A DNA stretch of 64,000 nucleotides from Thermoplasmata archaeon (GTDB lineage: Archaea > Thermoplasmatota > Thermoplasmata > Lutacidiplasmatales > UBA184). Made by a program: the position numbers and the translations under genes. Positions 25,913 to 34,720 of this stretch are shown here, one piece after another. Where the stretch lies: contig JBKQPJ010000014.1 of NCBI GenBank assembly GCA_052326305.1, positions 9,006 to 73,005 on the forward strand, given 5' to 3'. The notes beneath the pieces are model-generated. The model saw only the letters and a list, made by a program, of their open reading frames with translations. It was not told the DNA's origin and searched no databases. Position 1 is the stretch's first letter. Every line of letters begins with the position of its first letter.

Positions 25913-26964
25913 CTGATCCCGCCCCGGTCGAACCGCTCCACTACACCGAGGGAGAGGCCGCCGGCGCGCTCGGGCCCGAGTGGCGGGAGATCGCCCTGCG
26001 GGCCTACGGGTGGATGGCGCTCGGGCGGACGCTCGACGCGCGCATGCAGGCCCTCCAGCGCCAGGGACGGGTCGGGTTCTACGGGGCGGCTACCGGCCAG
26101 GAGGCGGTCAACGTCGCGGCGGGCCTCGCGAGCGTCGCGGACGACTGGATCTTCCCCGGGCTGCGCGAGCAGCTCATCGCGCTCGTGCGCGGCCACCCGC
26201 TGGGGACGTACGTCCACCACCTTTTCGGCGATGCGCGGGACCCGGCCCGGGGACGGAACATGCCGTGCCACCCGACCGCCCGCGAGGTCCACTACGTTTC
26301 CATGTCCTCGGTCATCGGGACCCAGATCCCCCACGCGGTCGGCACGGCCATCGGCCTGCGCCGGAGCCGCTCCCCCGGGGTCGCCCTCGCCTTCTTCGGG
26401 GACGGGGCGACGAGCTCGAACGATTTCCACGCCGGGCTCAACTTCGCCGGAGTGCTCCGCCTGCCGGTCCTCTTCTGCTGCGCGAACAACCAGTGGGCGA
26501 TCTCGGTGCCGGTGGAGCGCCAGACCCGCTCCACGTCGCTTGCCGCGAAGGCCCGGGCGTACGGGTTCGAAGGGACCCGGATCGACGGCACGGACTTCGT
26601 GGCCGCGTACGCGGCGATCTCCCGCGCCCTCTTCCGCATCCGAGAGGGCTCGGGCCCGGAGATGATCGAGTTCCTCGTGTACCGGATGACGCCGCACTCG
26701 AGCTCGGACGACCCCGGCCGCTACCAGCCGCCGGACTGGGCGGCCCGGGCGCGCTCGCTCGACCCGGTCGACCGCCTCGAGCGCTGGCTGGCCGGGACCG
26801 GTCTCCTCACGGAGGCGATCCGACGCAAGCTCGGGGAGGAGGCGGAGGCCGCCGTGCGCGCCGCGATCCAGGCAGCGGAGGAGACCCCACCGCCGCCGCC
26901 CGAGAGCGTGACCGAAGATGTCTATGGCTCCGCGGCCCCTGCCCGCCCGGGCCGGGGGGAGTGA
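25909..26964 (+). CDS. 2-oxoacid dehydrogenase E1 alpha subunit, second paralogue (no cognate beta gene)
   Basis: 351 aa, collinear with copy 1 and with an identical FGDGATSSNDFHAGLNFAGV stretch and NNQWAIS. The start overlaps the E2 stop (ATGA). Confidence 0.85.
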   Translation: MTDPAPVEPLHYTEGEAAGALGPEWREIALRAYGWMALGRTLDARMQALQRQGRVGFYGAATGQEAVNVAAGLASVADDWIFPGLREQLIALVRGHPLGTYVHHLFGDARDPARGRNMPCHPTAREVHYVSMSSVIGTQIPHAVGTAIGLRRSRSPGVALAFFGDGATSSNDFHAGLNFAGVLRLPVLFCCANNQWAISVPVERQTRSTSLAAKARAYGFEGTRIDGTDFVAAYAAISRALFRIREGSGPEMIEFLVYRMTPHSSSDDPGRYQPPDWAARARSLDPVDRLERWLAGTGLLTEAIRRKLGEEAEAAVRAAIQAAEETPPPPPESVTEDVYGSAAPARPGRGE

Positions 26965-26971
26965 CGGAACG

Positions 26972-28411
26972 ATGGCCGGAACGTACGCCCGCTCGACCGA
27001 GGTCGCCGTCCTCGGCGGTGGGCCCGGGGGGTACATGGCGGCGATCCGCGCCGGGCAGCTCGGCCAGAAGGTCCTCCTCGTCGAGCGATCGGAGCTCGGC
27101 GGTGAGTGCCTGAACCGGGGCTGCATCCCGTCGAAGGCGCTGATCCACGCCTCGCGGCTCTACCACTCGCTCGTTTCCGAAGGGCCGGAGGTCGGCGTCC
27201 GGGCCGAGGCCGCCACGTTCGACCTCGCGGCGACGATGCGCTGGAAGGAGTCGGTCGTCGCGAAGGAGCGCCAGGGCGTGGTGACGCTCCTCAAGGCGGC
27301 GGGGGCGACCGTGCTCCCGGGCGTGGCCCGGTTCACCGGACCGAAGTCGCTCGACGTCCAGGCTCCCGACGGCGGCCACGAGCGGGTCGACTTCAGCTCG
27401 GCGGTGATCGCGACCGGGTCCGTCCACTCGACGATCCCCGGTTTCGAGACCGACGGCGAACGGGTCGTGAACGCCTGGGAGCTCCTCTCCCTCCCGCGGC
27501 TTCCCCGGTCGCTCCTCGTGCTCGGCGGAGGGGTGAGCGGTTGCGAACTCGGGGAGTTCCTCGCCCGTGTCGGAGTCGAGGTCACGATCGTGGAGCTCCT
27601 TCCCCAGCTCCTGCCCGGGGTCGACCCGGACCTCTCCCGCGAGCTGACGGCCGCGTTCGAGCGGCTGGGGATCAAGGCGCGGGTCGCTACGAGGGCGACG
27701 AAGCTCGATCGGGGCGACCCGCTCACGATGACCGTCGAGGCGGCGTCCGGGACCGAGACGCTCTCGGCGGAGCAGCTGTTCGTGACCGTCGGAAAGCGGC
27801 CCGCCAGCCGCGACCTCGGCCTCGAGGAGGCCGGCGTGACGGTCGATGCGAAGACGGGGTTCATCCCCACCTCGGCCCAGATGCGCACGAACGTTCCGCA
27901 CATCTACGCGGTCGGGGACGTCGCGCGGCCCCCGATGCTCGCCCACAAGGCCTACCGCGAAGGGGTCGTCGCGGCCGAGGCGATCGCGGGAAAGAGCACG
28001 CGCTTCGACTTCCACGCGATGCCGTCGGTCGTGTTCACCGTCCCCGAGCTCGCATCGGTCGGCCTCACGCGCGCGGGGGCGGAAGCGGACGGCCACAACG
28101 CCCGCGAGGCCCGGTTCCCGTACGCGGCCCTCGGACGCGCCCACGCGAGCCACGCGACCGGAGGATGGGTCAAGGTCGTCGGGGACGACCGGACCGGGCT
28201 CCTGCTCGGGGTCCACGCGGCGGGAGAGGCGGTCGGCGAGTACATCGCCGAGGCGGCCCACGCAATCGAGATGGGCTCGACCGTGCGCGACCTCGCGCTC
28301 ACGATCCACCCGCATCCGACGTTCTCCGAGGCGCTCCAGGAGGCCGCGCTCCTGTGGCTCGGGGAGCCGATGCACATCGCGCGGAGACGGAGCGATGCCG
28401 CCGGTCGTTGA
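26972..28411 (+). CDS. lpdA: Dihydrolipoyl dehydrogenase E3
   Basis: The FAD fingerprint GGGPGGY, the redox-active disulfide GGECLNRGCIPSK, and the C-terminal interface motif HPHPTFSE are present. ATG 26972 is preferred over the ORF-opening 26918. Confidence 0.95.
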   Translation: MAGTYARSTEVAVLGGGPGGYMAAIRAGQLGQKVLLVERSELGGECLNRGCIPSKALIHASRLYHSLVSEGPEVGVRAEAATFDLAATMRWKESVVAKERQGVVTLLKAAGATVLPGVARFTGPKSLDVQAPDGGHERVDFSSAVIATGSVHSTIPGFETDGERVVNAWELLSLPRLPRSLLVLGGGVSGCELGEFLARVGVEVTIVELLPQLLPGVDPDLSRELTAAFERLGIKARVATRATKLDRGDPLTMTVEAASGTETLSAEQLFVTVGKRPASRDLGLEEAGVTVDAKTGFIPTSAQMRTNVPHIYAVGDVARPPMLAHKAYREGVVAAEAIAGKSTRFDFHAMPSVVFTVPELASVGLTRAGAEADGHNAREARFPYAALGRAHASHATGGWVKVVGDDRTGLLLGVHAAGEAVGEYIAEAAHAIEMGSTVRDLALTIHPHPTFSEALQEAALLWLGEPMHIARRRSDAAGR

Positions 28412-29063
28412 CTGGGGCCGGCGGGAGTACTCCGCGTCGCTCGAGGCGATGCGCGGCCTCGTCCGGGACCGGCGCGCCGGACGGATCGAGGACACGCTGG
28501 TCCTCGTCGAGCACCCCCCCGTGGTGACGGTCGGGGTCGAGGGGGACGACGGCGCCGCGGCCGCGAGCGGCTTGCCGGTGGTTTCCGTGGAACGAGGGGG
28601 CAAGGCGACGTACCACGGACCCGGCCAGCAGGTCGGCTATCCGATCGTCGATATCGATCGCCGGAACCGCGACGTCCGACGGTTCGTACGCGACGTCGAG
28701 TCCCTCGTGGCGCGGACGGTCGCCCCGCTCGGGATCGTCGCCGGCCACGTCGCGGGAAGGCCCGGGGTCTGGGTCGACGGTCGCCGGAAGATCGGGTCGA
28801 TCGGGATCGCGGTCGACCATTGGGTCTCGTTCCACGGCTTCGCGCTCAACGTCGACCCGGACCTCGCCGCCTTCGAGCGGTTCCATCCGTGCGGGTTCGA
28901 CGGTTCCGTCATGACCTCCGTCGCCCGGGAGCTCGGACGGCCGGTCGCGCTCGGAGAGCTCCGAACATCGCTCCTGGCCGCGTGGGAGGGGATCTTCTCG
29001 TCGCCCACGGGACGATCGACGGCCGGCGAGCCGCAGGTCGCCGCGCTCGAGCGGCCGGCATGA
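28395..29063 (+). CDS. lipB: Octanoyltransferase LipB
   Basis: The ERGGKATYHGPGQQVGYP, RKIGSIGI and FHPCGF motifs are present. ATG 28395 overlaps the E3 gene end by 17 nt. Confidence 0.85.
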   Translation: MPPVVDWGRREYSASLEAMRGLVRDRRAGRIEDTLVLVEHPPVVTVGVEGDDGAAAASGLPVVSVERGGKATYHGPGQQVGYPIVDIDRRNRDVRRFVRDVESLVARTVAPLGIVAGHVAGRPGVWVDGRRKIGSIGIAVDHWVSFHGFALNVDPDLAAFERFHPCGFDGSVMTSVARELGRPVALGELRTSLLAAWEGIFSSPTGRSTAGEPQVAALERPA

Positions 29064-29992
29064 GCGCCCCCGCGGGGGCCCCGCCCCGCCTGCTCGTCAC
29101 CGGCGGCTGCGGGGGGCTGATCGGCCGGGCGGTCCTCGAGGAGTTCCGCTCCGACCATCGGATACGGTCGGTCCATCGACACCCCGCGCCCTCGGAGGCG
29201 GCGGCCGGCGTGGAGTTCGCGGCGGGGGACGTCGCCACGATAGAGGACTGGCGTCCGTTCCTGGAGGGGGTCGACACCGTCCTCAACCTCACCTGGTACC
29301 GCGACGGACGGAACCCTCGGTTCGCTCCGGTCCGCACCGGGCTCCTCCGCCTGATCGACGCGGCGCAGACGGCGAACGTCCGGCGTTTCATCCACGTGAG
29401 CGTCCCGGACGCACCGCCCGATCTCGAGCGTGATCTGCCCTACCTCTCCCTCCGTCGCGACGTAGACCGCGCGCTCGCCGCGAGCGGCCTCGCGTACACC
29501 ATCGTCCGGCCCACGATGCTGTTCGGCTCGGGAGACCGGCTGGCCACTGTCATGCTCCGCACGATCCACCGCTTTGGGCAGCTCCCCCTGTTCGGGGCGG
29601 GGGACTACCACCTAAGCCCCGTCTCGACCCGCGACCTCGCCCGAGTGCTCCGGCTCGAGGGGGAGAAGGGGACCCGGCGCACGGTCACGGTCGGCGGGGT
29701 CCGGAAGTGGACCTACCTCGAGCTCGCGGAGCGGATGTTCACGTCCTTCCGGCGCGAGCCGCGCTACCTGAGGCTCTCCCCGGCGAACTCGGTGCGCCTC
29801 GCCCGGTTCCTCGAGGCGGTCGGCTCGACGCTGATCTATGTCTACGAGGTCCAGTGGCTCCTCTCCGACATGCTCGGGATCGCACCGTACGAAGGGCTCG
29901 ACCGACCGCTCGATCCGATCGAGCCGTTCCTTGACCGCGAGGCGGCGATCCTCGAGCCCCGCCGCCTCGGGACCCCCCGGGACGCCCCGTAG
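29060..29992 (+). CDS. NAD(P)-binding atypical SDR / NmrA-NDUFA9-like protein
   Basis: Rossmann motif LLVTGGCGGLIGRAV, then RFIHVS and YTIVRPTMLFG. The start overlaps the lipB stop (ATGA). Confidence 0.75.
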   Translation: MSAPAGAPPRLLVTGGCGGLIGRAVLEEFRSDHRIRSVHRHPAPSEAAAGVEFAAGDVATIEDWRPFLEGVDTVLNLTWYRDGRNPRFAPVRTGLLRLIDAAQTANVRRFIHVSVPDAPPDLERDLPYLSLRRDVDRALAASGLAYTIVRPTMLFGSGDRLATVMLRTIHRFGQLPLFGAGDYHLSPVSTRDLARVLRLEGEKGTRRTVTVGGVRKWTYLELAERMFTSFRREPRYLRLSPANSVRLARFLEAVGSTLIYVYEVQWLLSDMLGIAPYEGLDRPLDPIEPFLDREAAILEPRRLGTPRDAP

Positions 29993-30078
29993 GCGGGTTC
30001 CGCGGGCCGGGCCGAACGTCACGAACCGCCGCCGGAACGGAGGTAGGTTTAAGCGGCCCACCTCGCATCGCTGACGCG

Positions 30079-31005
30079 ATGGAAGCCGTGGATCTCAGCC
30101 GTCGGCTGGCCGATTTCAGTCAGGTCGCCGGGGAAGTGCTTCGCGATGTGCAGGATGCGACCGAGCAGCAGATCCGCCACTGGATCGTCAATCCGTTCCT
30201 CTCCTCCCTCGGGTGGGACCCGCACGACAAGCGGCAGGTCTACCTCGATTTCATGTCGGGCTCCCGCAAGGAGCCCGTCGACTACGCCCTCATGAACACC
30301 GAGGGCCACCCGCGGCTCTTCCTCGAGGTCCGGGAACGGACGGCGAACGTCCGGGACGTCGGTCCGGTCGCGGAGCGCGCGAAGGAGGCGAAGGTCCCGC
30401 TCGCGCTCCTGACGAACGGCCGGGAGTTCTCGCTCTGGTTCGTCTCCCCGAACGAGGCGGCGACCCCGTTGTTCGTCCTCTCGCTCGCCGATCTCGCGGA
30501 CAATGCCGAGAGCCTGCTCGGGCTGACCGCCGACTACCGCCTGAGCGACACCGGCATCCACCAGCTGCGGCGCAGCGCCATCCGCCTCGCCGTCCTGCAA
30601 ATGCTCGAGGACAACGCCGAGAAGACGTTCGACGCCCTCGTCGGCTGGGTCCAGGCGCAGGTCGCGCCGGGCGCCCTCGACGAGACGACCGCCCAGGCGA
30701 TCCGCGACGCGACGATGCTCTGGCTCACCGAGGAGCACCTCACCCTGCCGCCGTTCTCCCCGACCGACGGCAAGCGCCCGCAGGACCTCCGGACGACGAC
30801 CCCCCGGGACTGGGAGCCGTTCCCGCACGGACCGTCCGGCACGTTCCAGTACAAGTACGACTCTTCGAAGACCCTCGACCTGCGCCAGGGAGCGAAGGAG
30901 GTGCGCGAGCAGATGCGCGTCCAGGGGCTCCGGACGCCCACCGCGACCAGCTTCGGCGGTTTCTATCACGCGCTGCGGGCCCGCGCCGGCCTGACGGAGA
31001 AGTAA
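30079..31005 (+). CDS. PD-(D/E)xK nuclease-like protein (type I restriction HsdR N-terminal-domain-like) with helical C-terminal domain
   Basis: IRHWIVNPFLSSLGW...PVDYAL...RLFLEVRER...LLTNGREFSLWF follows the HsdR_N pattern (D...E-x-K, with the K replaced by R). TTTAAG lies 31 nt upstream of the ATG. Confidence 0.55.
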   Translation: MEAVDLSRRLADFSQVAGEVLRDVQDATEQQIRHWIVNPFLSSLGWDPHDKRQVYLDFMSGSRKEPVDYALMNTEGHPRLFLEVRERTANVRDVGPVAERAKEAKVPLALLTNGREFSLWFVSPNEAATPLFVLSLADLADNAESLLGLTADYRLSDTGIHQLRRSAIRLAVLQMLEDNAEKTFDALVGWVQAQVAPGALDETTAQAIRDATMLWLTEEHLTLPPFSPTDGKRPQDLRTTTPRDWEPFPHGPSGTFQYKYDSSKTLDLRQGAKEVREQMRVQGLRTPTATSFGGFYHALRARAGLTEK

Positions 31006-31063
31006 GCGGTCCGCGCCCGGTCCCGCCCGGCCCGCGGTCCCGGGCGGCGGCGACGAAATGTTT

Positions 31064-31083
31064 AATACGCATTAATGCGTATT
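31064..31083. promoter_or_regulatory. Perfect 20-bp AT-rich palindrome AATACGCATTAATGCGTATT
   Basis: Self-complementary over all 20 nt. It overlaps a TTTAATA box at 31061-31067 in an otherwise GC-rich 400-bp gap between convergent genes. Confidence 0.6.
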
Positions 31084-31093
31084 CGTTTCCGTC

Positions 31094-31318
31094 ATGGGTC
31101 CGGTCGTACCCCACCGAGGCGCCCACCGTTGTCTCGCGCGGCGGTGCGGCCACCCAGACAACGACCACGTCCCCACGCCCGAGCTCGCCTCCCCGGGCGA
31201 GCTCATAGTTTGGTGCGCCGCCTGTCTTCGCCACGAGGGCCGGAACGTTCCCTCGACGGGGTTCCGGCACCGCCCCACGCCCCGGGTCGACTCGGCGTGG
31301 GGCGGCCGCGTCATCTGA
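31094..31318 (+). CDS. Small Cys-containing hypothetical protein (possible zinc-binding)
   Basis: 74-aa ATG ORF, 33 nt downstream of TTTAATA, with very high third-position GC. Cys pairs are CLARRC and CAAC. I recognise no family, and the antisense ORF 30740-31270 competes. Confidence 0.3.
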   Translation: MGPVVPHRGAHRCLARRCGHPDNDHVPTPELASPGELIVWCAACLRHEGRNVPSTGFRHRPTPRVDSAWGGRVI

Positions 31319-31405
31319 TCCGGCCTCCGCCGTCCGGTGCCGATCCCGGCTCCGCGCCGGTCCACTCCCCGCGAGGGGCGTTTCGAGCGGCGGTCCCGAG
31401 ACCGC

Positions 31406-32113
31406 TCAGAACATTCCGACCAGGTGACCCACGAGGAACCCGGCCAGCCCGGCCCCGAGACCGATGAGGATCATCCGGGGTCCGTGGACCCAGACCGAGC
31501 TGACCGTGACCCGGGCCTCGTACCAGCCGACCGTGAAAAGGGCGAGGGCGCTCAGCACGATCGAGATGATCGCGGCGTGGGCGGGCGGGCTGATCCCGAG
31601 AAGGAACGGTACGAGCGGAACGAGGGAGCCTACCGTCGTCGCGCCGAGGACGATGAGCATACTGTTCCGGGGAGCCTCCGGGGCGACCTCGGCGAGGTTG
31701 AGCTCGAAGGCCATCATGATGTCGAGCCAGGCCTTCGGCTTCGACTCGATCATCTTGAGCATCGTCTCGACCTCCTCGCCCCGGTAACCCCAGTTCCGCA
31801 GGACGGTCCGGACCTCCTCCCGCTCCATCTCGGGAACCTCCCGCATCTCGCGCAGCTCGCGCTGGACCTCGGAGACGTAGAGGTTCCGCCGGCTGAGGGT
31901 CGAGGTGTAGGCCACCGCGCCCATCGAGATCGATTCGGCCGCAAGCGCGGCGAGCGAGGCGACGAGGATGATCCGGGACCCCGTCCCGGCGGCCGTCAGG
32001 CCGAGGAGGATCCCGAGGACGTTGACGAGGCCGTCCTGGCTGCCGAGGATGAAATCCGACAGCAGGGTGGCGCGCGGATGTCCTTCGTCGGTCGCATCGG
32101 CCTTCGGGAGCAC
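31406..32113 (-). CDS. VIT1/CCC1-family iron/manganese transporter
   Basis: The signature DFILGSQDGLVNVLGILLG is present, with a cytoplasmic helical insert and C-terminal TM helices. The GTG start lies 28 nt downstream of ATAAAT (minus sense). Confidence 0.85.
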   Translation of the reverse strand: MLPKADATDEGHPRATLLSDFILGSQDGLVNVLGILLGLTAAGTGSRIILVASLAALAAESISMGAVAYTSTLSRRNLYVSEVQRELREMREVPEMEREEVRTVLRNWGYRGEEVETMLKMIESKPKAWLDIMMAFELNLAEVAPEAPRNSMLIVLGATTVGSLVPLVPFLLGISPPAHAAIISIVLSALALFTVGWYEARVTVSSVWVHGPRMILIGLGAGLAGFLVGHLVGMF

Positions 32114-32198
32114 GGCACTCGCCCACCAACGGCCGATTTATGACCGTAGCGGAGACGTCACCGACCGCGGGCGCCGCTTCGTCGGGGACCGCGAACGC

Positions 32199-34517
32199 TC
32201 AGGCGGCCGGGGGATCGGCGGGCGGCGGCTGCGCCGCGCCACGACGTCGGCGTCGGCGCAGGGCGAGGAGCGTGGCTCCCCCCACGGCCAGGATCGCGCC
32301 CGCGCCGCCCAGCACGTAGTACCCGGTGTCTCCCGGGAGCCCGAGGAATCCTGCGTGGGGCGAGAACCTCACGCTGACGCCCTGAGGACCCCCCGAGATC
32401 TGGAGCGACCCGGACGACGGAGAGACCGCGTAGCCGGGCCGAGGAACGACCGTGAACGGGAACGCGCCGTCGGGCGCGTAGAACGTGATCGTGCGGTTCG
32501 TGGAAGAGTAGGTGGTACCGTTCGAACTCACGGACCAATGCTCGCCGGCCGCGAGCCCGCTCTCGGTGAACGTCACCGGGTACGACCCGAGGGGCACCCG
32601 GCTCGAGATGAGCGAGATCGTTCCCTGCTCGAGGTTGGTGGCGTACAGGAGCTGGTTCGTAGGATCGTAGGCCACGTCCTGGGGGTAGGCTCCGACCGGG
32701 AACGTGGCGACGACCGAATTGGTGGTGACGGAGATCAGGGTCACGTTGTCCGAGACCGAGTTGGCGACTAGGACGTCCCCCAGGGCGCTATCGTACGCCA
32801 GTCCTGAGGGGTAGGCCCCGACGGAGATGGTCGCCACGACCTGGTCGGTGGCGTCGGAGACGACCAAGGTTCGATTCCAATCCGAGCTGGAGGGTCCCCC
32901 CGAGTTCGTATCGGCCACGAACACCTCGCCGGTCCGGCGCTCGTAGGCCATCTCGTCCGGGCAGCCCCCCAAGTGGATCGAACGCACGACCCGATCCGTC
33001 CGGTCCGAGATCACGCTGAGGTTGTCCGAAGGGCAATTCGAGACGAAGACCTCCCCCGTTCCGGGGTCGTACGCGACCCCGGACGGCAGCGAGCCCACGC
33101 GGACGCTCGCCACCACCTGGTCGGTCGTGTCGTTGATCACGCTGACGTTTCCGGAGCCCGTGTTCACGACGAAGACCTCTCCCATCCCTCGGTCGTAGGC
33201 GATCCCGAACGGTTCGCTTCCGACCGGAACGCTCGCCACCAGGGCTTCGGTGGCGCCGGCGAGCACGTCCACCCGGCCCGTCACGCCCCCGACGACGACG
33301 AAGAGCTGACCCGTCCCGTTGTCGTACGCCCCGGGGCGCGCGAGGCCGAGCCCGGGGAAGCTCTCCACGACCCGGTTCGTGGCGTCGTCGATCACGCTCT
33401 CGTTGCCCCAGTATCCGTTGGCGACGAACAGCTCGCGCTGACCGCTATCGTACACGAGGTCGAGCGGCAGGGCGCCGACGCCGATCGTCACCACGAGGCC
33501 GTTCGTGAGGTCCGAGATGACCGCCACGGCATTGGCGTTCTCTTCCGTAACGAAGAGCTCGCCCTGGCCCGGATCGTAGGCGGCGCCGCCGGTGCCGCCG
33601 GCCACGATCGGGACGGTCGCGACGACCGAGTTCGACGACCCGTTGAGGACGGTCACGTCCCCCGTTCCGGTGTTCGATACGAAGAGCTCGGCCTTCGCGC
33701 TGTCGTAGGCGATGCCGTCGGGGTATCCCCCGAGGGAGAGCGTCGCCGCGACCGAATCCGTGCTGTCGTTGAGGACGCTCACATTGCCCCACCCTCCGCC
33801 GTACGATGCGACGAAGACCTCTCCGGTACGGCCGTCGTACGCGAGGGCGTAGGGCAGGAGCCCTACCGGAACGGTCGCGACGACCTCGTCAGTAGCGTCC
33901 GAGATCGCGCTGACCGACCCTCCCCCGGTCAGGGGAGACGTGTCCGCCACGAAGACCTCCTTCTCTCCCCGATCGTACGTCGCCGCCCGGGGGTTGTCCC
34001 CCACCGAGATCGTCACCACGACCTGGTCGGTCGAGTCGTTGATCACGCTCACGTCGTCTGAGATGGAGTTGACGACGAACATCTCCCCCGCCCCGCGGTC
34101 GTAGACCACGCCGGTGGGCGCATTGCCGACCGGGAGGTTCTCCAGCACGGTGTTCGTCCTGCCCGAGATCACGGAGACCTGGCCACTCAGCAGATCCGCC
34201 ACGAACACCTCGCCCGTCCGGTTGTCGTACGCCAGCGCATCCGGTCCCGATCCGACCGGCACCGTCGTGATCACCCGCTCGGTGAGGTCCGAGATCACCG
34301 TGACGTTGTTGGAAGAGAAGTCCGCGACGAAGACCTCTCCCCTTCCCGAGTCGAAGGCAGCCGCTGTGGGGCCTTGGCCGTCCGCCGCGAGGAAGTTCCC
34401 GGGCATGAGGGTGTCGTTCTGGAGAACGAGGGTGTCGACCACGTGGGGATCCGTACCGGGGGGGCTGAACGGAGAAGGCCTTCCGACGCCCGGGTCCGAG
34501 CTCGACGGGAGAAGCAA
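32199..34517 (-). CDS. YVTN-family beta-propeller repeat surface protein with C-terminal beta-sandwich and TM anchor (N-terminus disrupted or frameshifted)
   Basis: More than 12 repeats of the ...P.G.AYD...GEVFVAN..S.NVSVI.D.T..VV..I.VG type, then the FTESGLAAGEHWSV domain and the anchor YYVLGGAGAILAVGGATLLALRRRRRR. The listed ORF starts at TTG with no signal peptide. The frame stays open upstream. Confidence 0.8.
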   Translation of the reverse strand: MLLPSSSDPGVGRPSPFSPPGTDPHVVDTLVLQNDTLMPGNFLAADGQGPTAAAFDSGRGEVFVADFSSNNVTVISDLTERVITTVPVGSGPDALAYDNRTGEVFVADLLSGQVSVISGRTNTVLENLPVGNAPTGVVYDRGAGEMFVVNSISDDVSVINDSTDQVVVTISVGDNPRAATYDRGEKEVFVADTSPLTGGGSVSAISDATDEVVATVPVGLLPYALAYDGRTGEVFVASYGGGWGNVSVLNDSTDSVAATLSLGGYPDGIAYDSAKAELFVSNTGTGDVTVLNGSSNSVVATVPIVAGGTGGAAYDPGQGELFVTEENANAVAVISDLTNGLVVTIGVGALPLDLVYDSGQRELFVANGYWGNESVIDDATNRVVESFPGLGLARPGAYDNGTGQLFVVVGGVTGRVDVLAGATEALVASVPVGSEPFGIAYDRGMGEVFVVNTGSGNVSVINDTTDQVVASVRVGSLPSGVAYDPGTGEVFVSNCPSDNLSVISDRTDRVVRSIHLGGCPDEMAYERRTGEVFVADTNSGGPSSSDWNRTLVVSDATDQVVATISVGAYPSGLAYDSALGDVLVANSVSDNVTLISVTTNSVVATFPVGAYPQDVAYDPTNQLLYATNLEQGTISLISSRVPLGSYPVTFTESGLAAGEHWSVSSNGTTYSSTNRTITFYAPDGAFPFTVVPRPGYAVSPSSGSLQISGGPQGVSVRFSPHAGFLGLPGDTGYYVLGGAGAILAVGGATLLALRRRRRRGAAQPPPADPPAA

Positions 34518-34539
34518 AGCGGGCCCGGCTGGTGCCCCA

Positions 34540-34720
34540 TCATTCCGGCGATCCCTGCCGCGGACGTCGAAGCCGTCGGGACGGGCGCCGTTCGGCCGGC
34601 GACCGTCGAGGAGGCGTGCGTCGCGGTGCCGGGTCCGATCGCTAGGATCGCACAGACCCCGACGATCAGTCCGAGGGTGAGCATCCGCGAACGCCTGGGG
34701 CGAAACGGTCTGAATCCCAT
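34540..34720 (-). other. Out-of-frame signal-peptide-encoding segment belonging to the YVTN gene
   Basis: From ATG 34720 (or 34684) a different frame encodes MGFRPFRPRRSRMLTLGLIVGVCAILAIGPGTATHASS.., a classic signal peptide. It runs into the propeller ORF without an intervening gene. Confidence 0.6.

Noticed and set aside
30740-31270. 176-aa minus-strand ORF crossing the AT-rich palindrome and overlapping the end of gene 30079-31005
   Set aside because: More than half of it is antisense to a well-supported gene. Its third-position GC is lower than that of the competing plus-strand small ORF. No promoter-like box lies upstream of its ATG. The segment MPEPRRGNVPALVAKTGGAPNYELARGGELGRGDVVVVW is not obviously junk, so the rejection is not absolute.
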